Positions 56,566 to 64,000 of a DNA stretch of 64,000 bases are shown here, in pieces (position 1 is the stretch's first letter; every line of letters begins with the position of its first letter). The notes under the pieces were generated by a model that saw only the letters and a list, made by a program, of their open reading frames with translations, searched no databases and was not told the origin of the DNA. Position numbers and translations under genes: made by a program. Source of the stretch: an uncultured Candidatus Saccharibacteria bacterium (lineage in GTDB: Bacteria > Patescibacteriota > Minisyncoccia > Phycocordibacterales > UBA2100); contig CAZYLZ010000002.1 of the NCBI GenBank assembly GCA_964648335.1, positions 13,637 to 77,636 of the forward strand. The letters run 5' to 3'.

Positions 56566-56723
56566 CGCGACAATCCCTGACCCCGGCATGAGCGCCGGGG
56601 TCTTGTCTTTTAAGGATAAAAATGTATACTGCGGCAACCATTTAGTGTTTCCAATCGCCCCTGCGGGAGTCAGGTACGAGTCTGAGTGGAACAATCTCCC
56701 ACATCATCAATTCAATATTTGCT

Positions 56724-57029
56724 ATGAAAATTAAAAAGGGAGACAAAGTAATAGTGGTGTCCGGCAAGGATAAGGGAAAGACCGGCACGGTCGCGAAGGC
56801 ATTTCCGAAGGAGCTCAAGGTACTCATCGAGGGTATCAACATGGCAAAGCGCCACATGCGCCCGAATGCAAAGAATCGCATGGGCCAGATAATCGAGAAG
56901 TCGATTCCGGTCCACGTAAGCAACGTCATGATCGCAGACCCGAAGGGCGGCAAGCCAACGCGCGTTGGTATCAAGAAGGATGCAAAGGGATCGTCGCGCA
57001 TCGCTAAGAAGAGCGGATCCGTTCTGTAA
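56724..57029 (+). CDS. rplX: Ribosomal protein L24
   Basis: MKIKKGDKVIVVSGKDKGKTG (KOW motif). Confidence 0.9.
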   Translation: MKIKKGDKVIVVSGKDKGKTGTVAKAFPKELKVLIEGINMAKRHMRPNAKNRMGQIIEKSIPVHVSNVMIADPKGGKPTRVGIKKDAKGSSRIAKKSGSVL

Positions 57030-57038
57030 AACAAATAT

Positions 57039-57599
57039 ATGGCTACAAAAACACTCACTCGCGTACAAAAGCAGAAGGCAACCTTCGAGGCGCTCAAGGG
57101 CGATTTCGGATGGACCAACCCCATGCAAGCTCCCAAGGTGACCAAGATTATCGTCGCTACCGGAGTCGGCTCTAAGTCAGACAAGAAGAAGAAGGAGTTC
57201 ATCGGCGAGCGCCTCACGACCCTTGCAGGACAGAAGGCGGTCGCTACCTTGGCCAAGAAGTCTATCGCTACCTTCAAGGTACGCGAGGGCGACGTCGTTG
57301 GTCACCGCGTCACCTTGCGCGGCGCTCGCATGGAAGCGTTCTTGGACAAGCTCGTTCACATCGTCCTCCCACGAACGCGCGACTTCCGCGGCATCACGCC
57401 TAATGCTATCGACGAAATTGGAAACATCACTGTGGGCATCAAGGAGCACACTGTGTTTCCCGAGGCTGCCGAAGAAGACATCAAGGACGTGTTCGGACTC
57501 GCGGTCACTATCGTGACCACCGCCAAGAACAAGGCAGAAGCAGAGGCATTTTTGCGCTCGATCGGCCTTCCGCTCCAGAAAGAAGAAGGAAAGAAATAA
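57039..57599 (+). CDS. rplE: Ribosomal protein L5
   Basis: L5 family over its full length. Confidence 0.95.
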   Translation: MATKTLTRVQKQKATFEALKGDFGWTNPMQAPKVTKIIVATGVGSKSDKKKKEFIGERLTTLAGQKAVATLAKKSIATFKVREGDVVGHRVTLRGARMEAFLDKLVHIVLPRTRDFRGITPNAIDEIGNITVGIKEHTVFPEAAEEDIKDVFGLAVTIVTTAKNKAEAEAFLRSIGLPLQKEEGKK

Positions 57600-57612
57600 T
57601 TTCACGATAAAG

Positions 57613-57644
57613 AAAAACACCTCACATCCCGTGAGGTGTTTTTT
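57613..57644. terminator. Bidirectional terminator (aaaaacacctcac-atcc-cgtgaggtgtttttt)
   Basis: 11-bp stem flanked by A-run and T-run after the rplE stop. Confidence 0.6.
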
Positions 57645-57660
57645 GTTGCGCATATCCCCA

Positions 57661-58044
57661 CTAGGCTAGTATCCATTGCAGCAGGGACTTTTCTCCGGGC
57701 GTCAGATGAATGATAGTTGCGAATTCCCATCGTGCATGGGCATGTTCACGCTCGGTGAGATCCTCCTTAAGTGCTATTCGTTGTTCCAGGGTTACGCTTT
57801 GTTCCCAACGGATCGCACAGAATGACCACCAGGGATTCTTGGCGCGGAGCAATGCCTTGACCGTACGCTCGGTCCCAATCTCGGCGCATGCGCGTCGGAT
57901 GATCTGACCTTGTCCGTACTTGCCGAGTCGTATCGCTGCCGCTGTCTTTTTGGCGCCGGTTTCCAGAGCAAGCCGATACGCGGCTTTTTGCTCGTCGTCC
58001 ATACGGATTCGTATCATGCCGTGAGTCGAACGTATACGTTTCAT
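57661..58044 (-). CDS. Small HTH-type protein, possibly a transposase/recombinase-like DNA-binding fragment (127 aa)
   Basis: ATG at 58044 after an AAAGGA SD; AAYRLALETGAKKTAAAIRLGKYGQGQIIRRACAEIG has HTH character. The longer 245-aa frame in the track overlaps the plus-strand gene at 58151 and is probably spurious. Confidence 0.4.
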   Translation of the reverse strand: MKRIRSTHGMIRIRMDDEQKAAYRLALETGAKKTAAAIRLGKYGQGQIIRRACAEIGTERTVKALLRAKNPWWSFCAIRWEQSVTLEQRIALKEDLTEREHAHARWEFATIIHLTPGEKSLLQWILA

Positions 58045-58150
58045 CGAGAATCCTTTCTGTGTACTTTCTCGGTACACCCTAGCCGAAAAGTGCCTAGGTA
58101 CCAAGCTATGGTATAACCAGCGAAGCTCAGATATATGAGGAGGTTTCGAA

Positions 58151-58522
58151 ATGATTGCAATCACTATCGATGCCGGTCCGGCATCTCGTATCAAGAAAAG
58201 GTATCGACTAAAGGAAGAAGTAGACGCTTCGAAGCTTTGCCCCGACGACCCCGCTGCTTTGGAGCTTGCGATGAAGATAGGGAAGGTCGAGGGATTGCTC
58301 GATGCGCTCGCATATATGCACTGTATCGATGCTAGTTTCTCGATATCGCTCGAGCATGGGGTGGCGGTCGCGGCAGGTACCATAGTGGTGTCGAGCAACG
58401 ATTCGTACCTCGGAGTCAGAGGCTTGGTGGCTTTGGTCGAGAACGATGCCGCGAAAATCGCGGCCGATTATCCCGGTGTCACAGTCCGGCTCACAGCCGA
58501 TATGACCGCAGAGATGATATAA
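58151..58522 (+). CDS. Hypothetical protein (123 aa)
   Basis: Strong SD GAGGAGG before the ATG; terminator ccccggcc-acaat-ggccgggg plus T6 at 58529-58563. Confidence 0.5.
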   Translation: MIAITIDAGPASRIKKRYRLKEEVDASKLCPDDPAALELAMKIGKVEGLLDALAYMHCIDASFSISLEHGVAVAAGTIVVSSNDSYLGVRGLVALVENDAAKIAADYPGVTVRLTADMTAEMI

Positions 58523-58561
58523 GAATACGCCCCGGCCACAATGGCCGGGGCGGTTGGTTTT

Positions 58562-59350
58562 TTAGCCCGAATCCTCTTCGACGGAACCGGCAAGCAGGGG
58601 ATGGTGGTGCTTGCGATACTGAGACAGGCGTCGGAAGTCGCGGATCAGAAGCTCTCGCCCCTTCACCTCTCCGTAGTTGCGGTATTCGTACCGAAACAGT
58701 CGCCAGCCAGTGAGGATGAACATGCGCAAGAGCCGTACCGGTCCTGCGAATGCGCGAAGGATACGGAACCGCTTCATGCACCGGATTGCCCACCTATGGA
58801 AGTGGCTCAGGTACCGGCGATACCACGTGCCCACAATCATATCAGCGATGGCCGCATAAGTACGACGGACGAGAGCGGAGGCGACGAACCCGATAGGGAA
58901 GAAGAGCAGCCAGAATCCGTGGGTAAAGTACGGCTTCAGGAAGTGCCAGAGCCAGAGCTGGATACCGACAATTCCTATCGATATGGCCAGCTTCGTAGCG
59001 AACGATCGGCGGTGCCATAGGCGACGGCTGAACCGGCAGAGGGTACGTACCCTCCATCGGGTCTGCCGTATGCGTGATATCTTCTTTTCGTCATCCAGCC
59101 AGTACTCGAGTGCCACGCCTGTGCCTGCGGCGGTCAAGGGCTGCAAGAGTCTGCGCGCTCCGACCGAAGTCATAAGCGGTGCCAGAGCTTCGGCGATCAT
59201 GCCGCCCAAGAAACGAGCCGAGACGGCGATCCACTCGACGAGCGCCCTGAAGGCGCCACCGATGAGCGGTATCTCGAATAGATAGTCGAGGATGGCTATA
59301 AGTGCGATGATGCTCGCGAGGGCTAGGTACCAGAGGCGATGTCTCGCCAT
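58562..59350 (-). CDS. Arg-rich polytopic membrane protein (262 aa)
   Basis: Six or more TM helices; many RR/RxR loops; no recognised family. Confidence 0.5.
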   Translation of the reverse strand: MARHRLWYLALASIIALIAILDYLFEIPLIGGAFRALVEWIAVSARFLGGMIAEALAPLMTSVGARRLLQPLTAAGTGVALEYWLDDEKKISRIRQTRWRVRTLCRFSRRLWHRRSFATKLAISIGIVGIQLWLWHFLKPYFTHGFWLLFFPIGFVASALVRRTYAAIADMIVGTWYRRYLSHFHRWAIRCMKRFRILRAFAGPVRLLRMFILTGWRLFRYEYRNYGEVKGRELLIRDFRRLSQYRKHHHPLLAGSVEEDSG

Positions 59351-59494
59351 GGTGTCTCCTTTCTTGCAATTACTTGCACGGATATACCTCGGTCAGATTA
59401 TACTATGTTTTAAGCCATTTTCAAGTATTCGCGAGCGACTGGTGTGTACATTGGCGCCACTGGGCACCTCCGATGGGCTGTAACCTGCAAGGGT

Positions 59495-59523
59495 TTGACT
59501 TTTAGCGGTACTTCGCGTATATT
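59495..59523 (+). promoter_or_regulatory. Sigma70-type promoter (TTGACT, 17 nt, TATATT) with about 165-nt leader before rpsZ
   Basis: ttgact at 59495-59500; tatatt at 59518-59523; 24 of 29 positions identical to the promoter at 52913-52941. Confidence 0.5.
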
Positions 59524-59691
59524 TGCCGAGCCTCGTAGGGGGCCTGGTATTTGAGCCGATTGAAGCACTTGCTGCGTAGATTACCCTCGAAACTCAGGTC
59601 ACGCGATGGAGTCTCTCTAATCTTGGCTGTGAGGCCTCGATGCAAGGACTCCAAAGTCTCCTTTGCGCGCGCACCTATTTTTCACCACCAT

Positions 59692-59877
59692 ATGGCTAAG
59701 AAATCAATGATCGTAAAGGCTAACCGCAAGCCTAAGTTCAGCAGCCGCACAGTGCGACGCTGCAAGAGCTGCGGACGCCCACGCGGATTCATGCGCGATT
59801 TCAACCTTTGCCGTATCTGTTTCCGCGAGCAGGCGCTCGAGGGCAACATTCCGGGTATAAAGAAGTCATCTTGGTAA
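59692..59877 (+). CDS. rpsZ: Ribosomal protein S14, Zn-ribbon (type Z)
   Basis: 61 aa; [20 protein letters not shown] zinc motif. Confidence 0.9.
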   Translation: MAKKSMIVKANRKPKFSSRTVRRCKSCGRPRGFMRDFNLCRICFREQALEGNIPGIKKSSW

Positions 59878-59884
59878 TATATTT

Positions 59885-60280
59885 ATGATCACCGACCCTG
59901 TAGCAGACTTCATAATCCGCCTTAAGAACGCATCTGCGGTCAAGAAGACCGTGGTTTCGACTCCGTACAGCAAGCTTGTCATGGCTATCGCCGAGAAGCT
60001 CAAGCAGGACGGATTCATCGCATCCGTCGAGAAGTCCGGAAAGAAGGTCCGCAAGAACATCGAGGTCACCCTCATGTACGAGAAGAACGGCCTCCCAACC
60101 ATCTCGGGCGTCAAGCGCGTATCTAAGCCAGGACGCCGACTCTACCGCGGATTCAAAGAGATCGTCCCTGTTCGCTACGGAACCGGCACACTCGTACTTT
60201 CCACACCCAAAGGAATCCTTACCGACACCGAAGCCCGCAAGGAAAAGGTCGGCGGCGAGACCCTGTTCGAAATCTGGTAA
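59885..60280 (+). CDS. rpsH: Ribosomal protein S8
   Basis: MITDPVADFIIRLKNA... is the S8 family signature. Confidence 0.95.
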   Translation: MITDPVADFIIRLKNASAVKKTVVSTPYSKLVMAIAEKLKQDGFIASVEKSGKKVRKNIEVTLMYEKNGLPTISGVKRVSKPGRRLYRGFKEIVPVRYGTGTLVLSTPKGILTDTEARKEKVGGETLFEIW

Positions 60281-60289
60281 TACATCTAT

Positions 60290-60829
60290 ATGTCACGCAT
60301 AGGAAAACAGCCAATCGCAATCCCCGCAAACACGCAGGTAACCGTGTCCGACAGCACTGTGTCGGTCAAGGGGCCAAAAGGGGAGCTCTCTAAGAAGTAC
60401 GCATCGTCAGCGATTTCGGTCGTCGTCGAGGGTACGGAGGTAATCATCGCTCCTCTCAAAGAGACCCGCGAGTCGAAGTCGCTCTGGGGCACTACCGCTG
60501 CTCATATCAAGAACATGGTCAAAGGCGTCAACGAGCCATACACCAAGCGCCTCATCCTTTTCGGAGTCGGTTACAAGGCAGAAGTAAAGGCAACCAATCT
60601 CGTCATGGCGCTCGGTTTCTCTCACCCGGTCATCGTCGAAATTCCGAAGGGACTCACGGTAACGACAGACAAGGAGGGTATTACCGTGGTAGGACCAGAT
60701 AAGGAGATGGTCGGACAGTTCTCGGCGACGGTACGCAGCCTCAAGAAGCCAGAGCCGTACAAAGGCAAAGGATTCCACTACTCCGACGAGACCATCTTGA
60801 GAAAGCAGGGTAAGAAGGCATCCGCATAA
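60290..60829 (+). CDS. rplF: Ribosomal protein L6
   Basis: MSRIGKQPIAIPANTQV... is the L6 family signature. Confidence 0.95.
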   Translation: MSRIGKQPIAIPANTQVTVSDSTVSVKGPKGELSKKYASSAISVVVEGTEVIIAPLKETRESKSLWGTTAAHIKNMVKGVNEPYTKRLILFGVGYKAEVKATNLVMALGFSHPVIVEIPKGLTVTTDKEGITVVGPDKEMVGQFSATVRSLKKPEPYKGKGFHYSDETILRKQGKKASA

Positions 60830-60835
60830 ACATAT

Positions 60836-61183
60836 ATGGCTACACTCACAAAATCAGAACAGCGAATCCGCAGGCACAACCGTGTCCGCTCTAAGGTCAT
60901 CGGTACTGCCGAGCGTCCTCGCCTGTCGGTCTACAAGTCGAACACGCGCATTTCTGCGCAGCTCATCGACGACGACAAGGGTGTCACGCTTGCAGCGGTG
61001 TCGTCTGCAACTGAAAAGGGAAAGACCCCACAGGAGCGGGCAGAGTCTGCCGCAAAGGCGCTCGTCGCAGCCGGAAAGACCAAGGGTATCTCGCAGGTCG
61101 TGTTCGATCGCGGCGGATTCCGATACATCGGTACTATCAAGGCGTTTGCAGAGGCGGCGCGTAATGCAGGTTTTCAATTTTAA
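60836..61183 (+). CDS. rplR: Ribosomal protein L18
   Basis: RPRLSVYKSNTRISAQLIDD...VFDRGGFRYIG is the L18 signature. Confidence 0.9.
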   Translation: MATLTKSEQRIRRHNRVRSKVIGTAERPRLSVYKSNTRISAQLIDDDKGVTLAAVSSATEKGKTPQERAESAAKALVAAGKTKGISQVVFDRGGFRYIGTIKAFAEAARNAGFQF

Positions 61184-61186
61184 TGT

Positions 61187-61774
61187 ATGTCTGAACCAGT
61201 AACCACAACAGCACCATCCACTCCATCGACCGGAGCACCACGCGACAGCCGCGGACCTCGCAGTAATGATCGCCGTGGACCACGCCCAGGAGGCGGCGGA
61301 GACCGCCGTGGAGGAGGCCGTGGAGGACGCCGCGACGACCGCCAGTCCGAGTTCGCTCAGAAGATGATCAGCATCCGCCGTGTGGCCCGTGTGGTCGCCG
61401 GAGGACGCCGCTTCAGCTTCTCGGTCACTATGGTATTGGGAGACAAAGCAGGACGTGTTGGCGTTGGTGTTGGCAAAGCAGGCGACACCCAGCTCGCTAT
61501 CGAGAAGGCATCGCGCGCTGCAAAGAAGCACATGATCACTCTCAAGCTCACCGAGACCAAGAGCCTTCCGTTCAATGTCGAGGCAAAGTACTGCGCGTCT
61601 GTCGTCGAGATCCGTCCGTCGAAAGGCCGAGGACTCGTCGCCGGTTCTGCAGTACGAACCGTGCTTGAGCTCGCCGGTGTCAACGACGTAACCGCAAAGC
61701 TCTTGTCGCGCAGCAAGAACCCTATCAACAACGCCCGCGCTGCTATCAAGGCGCTCGAAAGGATCGCCGCATAA
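61187..61774 (+). CDS. rpsE: Ribosomal protein S5 with Arg/Gly/Pro-rich N-terminal extension
   Basis: S5 dsRBD and C-terminal domains (IRRVARVVAGGRRFSF...VGVGKAG...); about 55-aa RG-rich N-terminal extension. Confidence 0.9.
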   Translation: MSEPVTTTAPSTPSTGAPRDSRGPRSNDRRGPRPGGGGDRRGGGRGGRRDDRQSEFAQKMISIRRVARVVAGGRRFSFSVTMVLGDKAGRVGVGVGKAGDTQLAIEKASRAAKKHMITLKLTETKSLPFNVEAKYCASVVEIRPSKGRGLVAGSAVRTVLELAGVNDVTAKLLSRSKNPINNARAAIKALERIAA

Positions 61775-61784
61775 TTTTATCTCT

Positions 61785-62243
61785 ATGACTCACGGACTAC
61801 ACTCACTCAAACGATCGGGACCTCGCAAAGCCGACCGCGTCGGACGCGGACAGGCGAGCGGTCGCGGAAAGACCTCTGGTCGCGGTACCAAGGGTCAGAA
61901 GGCGCGCGCGGGACACAAGATTCGCCCAGAATTGCGCGATATCATCAAGAAGATCCCGAAGCGCCGCGGATACGGAAAAAACCGCTCACGCACCGTCGAC
62001 GGAACGCGCCCTAACCACACTGCCGTCTCTTTGGAGCGCCTCGAGATCGCATTCGCTTCTGGCGAGACCGTCTCCAAGAACTCGCTCGTCGAAAAGAATA
62101 TTCTCACGATGCGCCGTGCAAACTCGGCCCCTATCAAGATCCTCGGAGACGGAACCATCACTAAAAAACTTACCGTAACAGGCATCGCTACGTCGGCTTC
62201 GGCCAAGAGCGCCATAGAAAAAGCAGGAGGTAGCGTCGCATAA
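61785..62243 (+). CDS. rplO: Ribosomal protein L15 (directly after S5; no L30 gene)
   Basis: GRGxxSGRGKTSGRGTKGQKAR is the L15 signature; rpmD is absent between rpsE and rplO. Confidence 0.9.
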   Translation: MTHGLHSLKRSGPRKADRVGRGQASGRGKTSGRGTKGQKARAGHKIRPELRDIIKKIPKRRGYGKNRSRTVDGTRPNHTAVSLERLEIAFASGETVSKNSLVEKNILTMRRANSAPIKILGDGTITKKLTVTGIATSASAKSAIEKAGGSVA

Positions 62244-62250
62244 CTCATAT

Positions 62251-63525
62251 ATGTTCGAGACATTCTTCCGAAAGCTCCAGATCGTTGTCTCAGATCCCTC
62301 GATCCGCAATCGAGTACTCTTTACTATAGGTGCGCTCGCACTCTTCCGTCTCTTGGCTACTATTCCGATTCCGGGCGTCAATCTCGTCGCACTCGAGAAC
62401 CTCTTCTCGCAAAACGCGTTCTTGGGACTCTTGAACGTCTTCTCGGGAGGCGGACTCTCTAAGCTCTCAATCGTCATGCTCGGCGTGGGTCCCTACATCA
62501 CTGCATCTATCATCATGCAGCTTCTGACGGTGCTCTCTCCGACCTTGAAGCAGGTGTACCAGGAAGAGGGAGACGCAGGCCGACAGCGATTCACCCAATG
62601 GTCGCGCATCCTCACTATTCCGCTCGCATTCATGCAGGCATTCGCATTCTTGCTCCTCTTGCGCCAAGAAGGTGTGTTGCTCCAGCTCACCACTCTCGGT
62701 CTCGTCGCTAATATCTTCGTCGTCGCCGCAGGATCTATCTTCCTCATGTGGTTGGGCGAGATCATCACTGAGTTCGGCATCGGCAACGGCATGTCACTCC
62801 TCATCTTTGCAGGCATCATCTCAGCAATCCCAGGCAGCATTTCTCAGCTCTTGTTCACGTTCGATGTATCTCAGATTCCTGTATATATCGCGCTTACGGT
62901 TGCTGTAATCCTCATGACGGCAGCAGTCGTCTTTATCACCGAAGCAGAGCGTCCTATTCCTATCACGTACGCGCGGCGCGTTCGCGGCAACAAGGTCTTC
63001 GGCGGCGTCTCGACCTACCTGCCGCTTCGCGTCAACCAGTCGGGAGTCATTCCGATAATCTTCGCGCTCTCGATCCTCCTGTTCCCACAGATGATCGCGC
63101 AGTTCTTGGCTCGTGCCAACATCGCTCACGTATCTTACGGCGCACAGAAGGTTGTCGCGTTCTTGAGTAACACGTGGGTCTATGGCATCGCGTACTTCTT
63201 GCTCGTGTTCGTCTTTACGTACTTCTACACTGCGATTACCTTCGAGCCAAACCAAGTCGCGAAGAATCTCCAGAAGAACGGAGCATTCATCCCGGGTGTC
63301 CGTCCTGGCAACACGACAGCCGAGTACCTGGGTAATATCATCACCCGCATTACCTTGGTCGGCGCGCTCTTCTTGGGCTTCATCGCAGTAATGCCGATAA
63401 TCCTTCAGGGCATCACGGGCATCACAGCGCTCACTATCGGCGGTACAGCACTTCTCATCGTCGTATCCGTTGTCCTCGACGTCGTCAAAAAAATCGACGC
63501 TCAGACCTCGATTCGCGAGTACTAA
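62251..63525 (+). CDS. secY: Preprotein translocase subunit SecY
   Basis: Ten-TM SecY topology and motifs (GLGNGISLLIFAGI-like GNGMSLLIFAGI), 424 aa. Confidence 0.95.
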   Translation: MFETFFRKLQIVVSDPSIRNRVLFTIGALALFRLLATIPIPGVNLVALENLFSQNAFLGLLNVFSGGGLSKLSIVMLGVGPYITASIIMQLLTVLSPTLKQVYQEEGDAGRQRFTQWSRILTIPLAFMQAFAFLLLLRQEGVLLQLTTLGLVANIFVVAAGSIFLMWLGEIITEFGIGNGMSLLIFAGIISAIPGSISQLLFTFDVSQIPVYIALTVAVILMTAAVVFITEAERPIPITYARRVRGNKVFGGVSTYLPLRVNQSGVIPIIFALSILLFPQMIAQFLARANIAHVSYGAQKVVAFLSNTWVYGIAYFLLVFVFTYFYTAITFEPNQVAKNLQKNGAFIPGVRPGNTTAEYLGNIITRITLVGALFLGFIAVMPIILQGITGITALTIGGTALLIVVSVVLDVVKKIDAQTSIREY

Positions 63526-63542
63526 CCACTATCGCGACTTCC

Positions 63543-63573
63543 AAAAGAGCGGCCGCACCGGCCGCTCTTTTGT
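63543..63573 (+). terminator. secY rho-independent terminator (aaaagagcggccg-cac-cggccgctctttt)
   Basis: 13-bp GC-rich stem flanked by A4/T4 runs. Confidence 0.65.
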
Positions 63574-63703
63574 ATTGCATTTCCTCCCACTCTTTTTAAG
63601 AGGGCTTGAAACTTTTGACGTTCAGTTTCAAGAAGGGGGAGTTGGTCGGTCCTAATTAACCAACTCTCCTTCAGTCCCTCTCTTGGAAAGAGAGGGAGGT
63701 AGG

Positions 63704-64000
63704 ATGGCGTGTGCTACGATTTGCTCCATGGTCAAACAGATAGACATCCATAAAGCCGCCGGGATCATCATTAAAGACAAAAAACTCCTTATAACGCGCT
63801 CAAAAGGCAAGACGGCATTCATCTCACCTGGCGGCAAGATCGAAGGAGGGGAAAGCGCCCCCGAAGCGCTCGTTCGAGAGTTGAAAGAAGAGCTTCAGAT
63901 CGATGTCGCTGTGAACGATCTAAAGGAATTCGGCACGTTTTATGCATTTGCCACAGGGAATGATGGAAAATACCTGCGCATGGATGTCTTTCTGGTCGAG
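63704..64000 (+). CDS. NUDIX hydrolase, partial (runs off the right edge)
   Basis: SD GGGAGGTAGG before the ATG at 63704; Nudix box GGKIEGGESAPEALVRELKEELQI; no stop within the window. Confidence 0.6.
   Translation, partial: MACATICSMVKQIDIHKAAGIIIKDKKLLITRSKGKTAFISPGGKIEGGESAPEALVRELKEELQIDVAVNDLKEFGTFYAFATGNDGKYLRMDVFLVE

Noticed and set aside
57661-58398. 245-aa minus-strand ORF
   Set aside because: Its upstream two-thirds overlaps the well-supported plus-strand gene at 58151-58522 (strong SD). Only the downstream 127 codons (from the ATG at 58044 with an SD) look genuine.

Overview
This 64 kb window reads as a bacterial chromosome segment, GC-rich by eye and using TGA as a stop (standard code 11). 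I found no rRNA, tRNA or CRISPR array. The backbone is the str/S10/spc ribosomal-protein supercluster: rpsL-rpsG-fusA ... tuf ... rpsJ-rplCDWB ... rpsS-rplV-rpsC-rplP-rpmC-rpsQ-rplN ... rplX-rplE ... rpsZ-rpsH-rplF-rplR-rpsE-rplO-secY. L30 is absent between S5 and L15, and several r-proteins carry Lys/Arg/Gly-rich N-terminal extensions. Both traits suggest a Patescibacteria/CPR-like lineage, but that is inference only. The supercluster is broken at least seven times by unrelated genes, described by content below.

The insertions contain:
- an IS200/IS605 tnpA element;
- secreted and membrane proteins;
- a standalone DnaA domain-IV protein;
- a polysaccharide-modification set (SGNH hydrolase, SAM methyltransferase, a double glycosyltransferase-2 (GT2));
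- an HTTM-like (vitamin-K-carboxylase-like fold) operon with rhodanese, DsbA and Cys-rich secreted peptides.

Upstream of the supercluster, the left 20 kb holds:
- a type IV minor-pilin cluster (three consecutive prepilin-like genes on the minus strand);
- glycolytic genes tpiA and pgk;
- two tandem paralogous secreted proteins with PG-binding, PKD-like and Kazal-like modules;
- HIT, recJ and rnhA;
- a ThiF/MoeB-type E1-like adenylyltransferase preceded by a hypothetical protein with a UBC-like HxN...C motif and followed by a 45-codon Gly-terminated ORF (a candidate minimal ubiquitin-like or peptide-activation module);
- two tandem mscL genes;
- a split comEC with sodA between its halves;
- rpmB, an M50 metalloprotease and a NUDIX hydrolase.

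Many long reverse-strand ORFs in the six-frame track are shadow ORFs of real genes and I ignored them.
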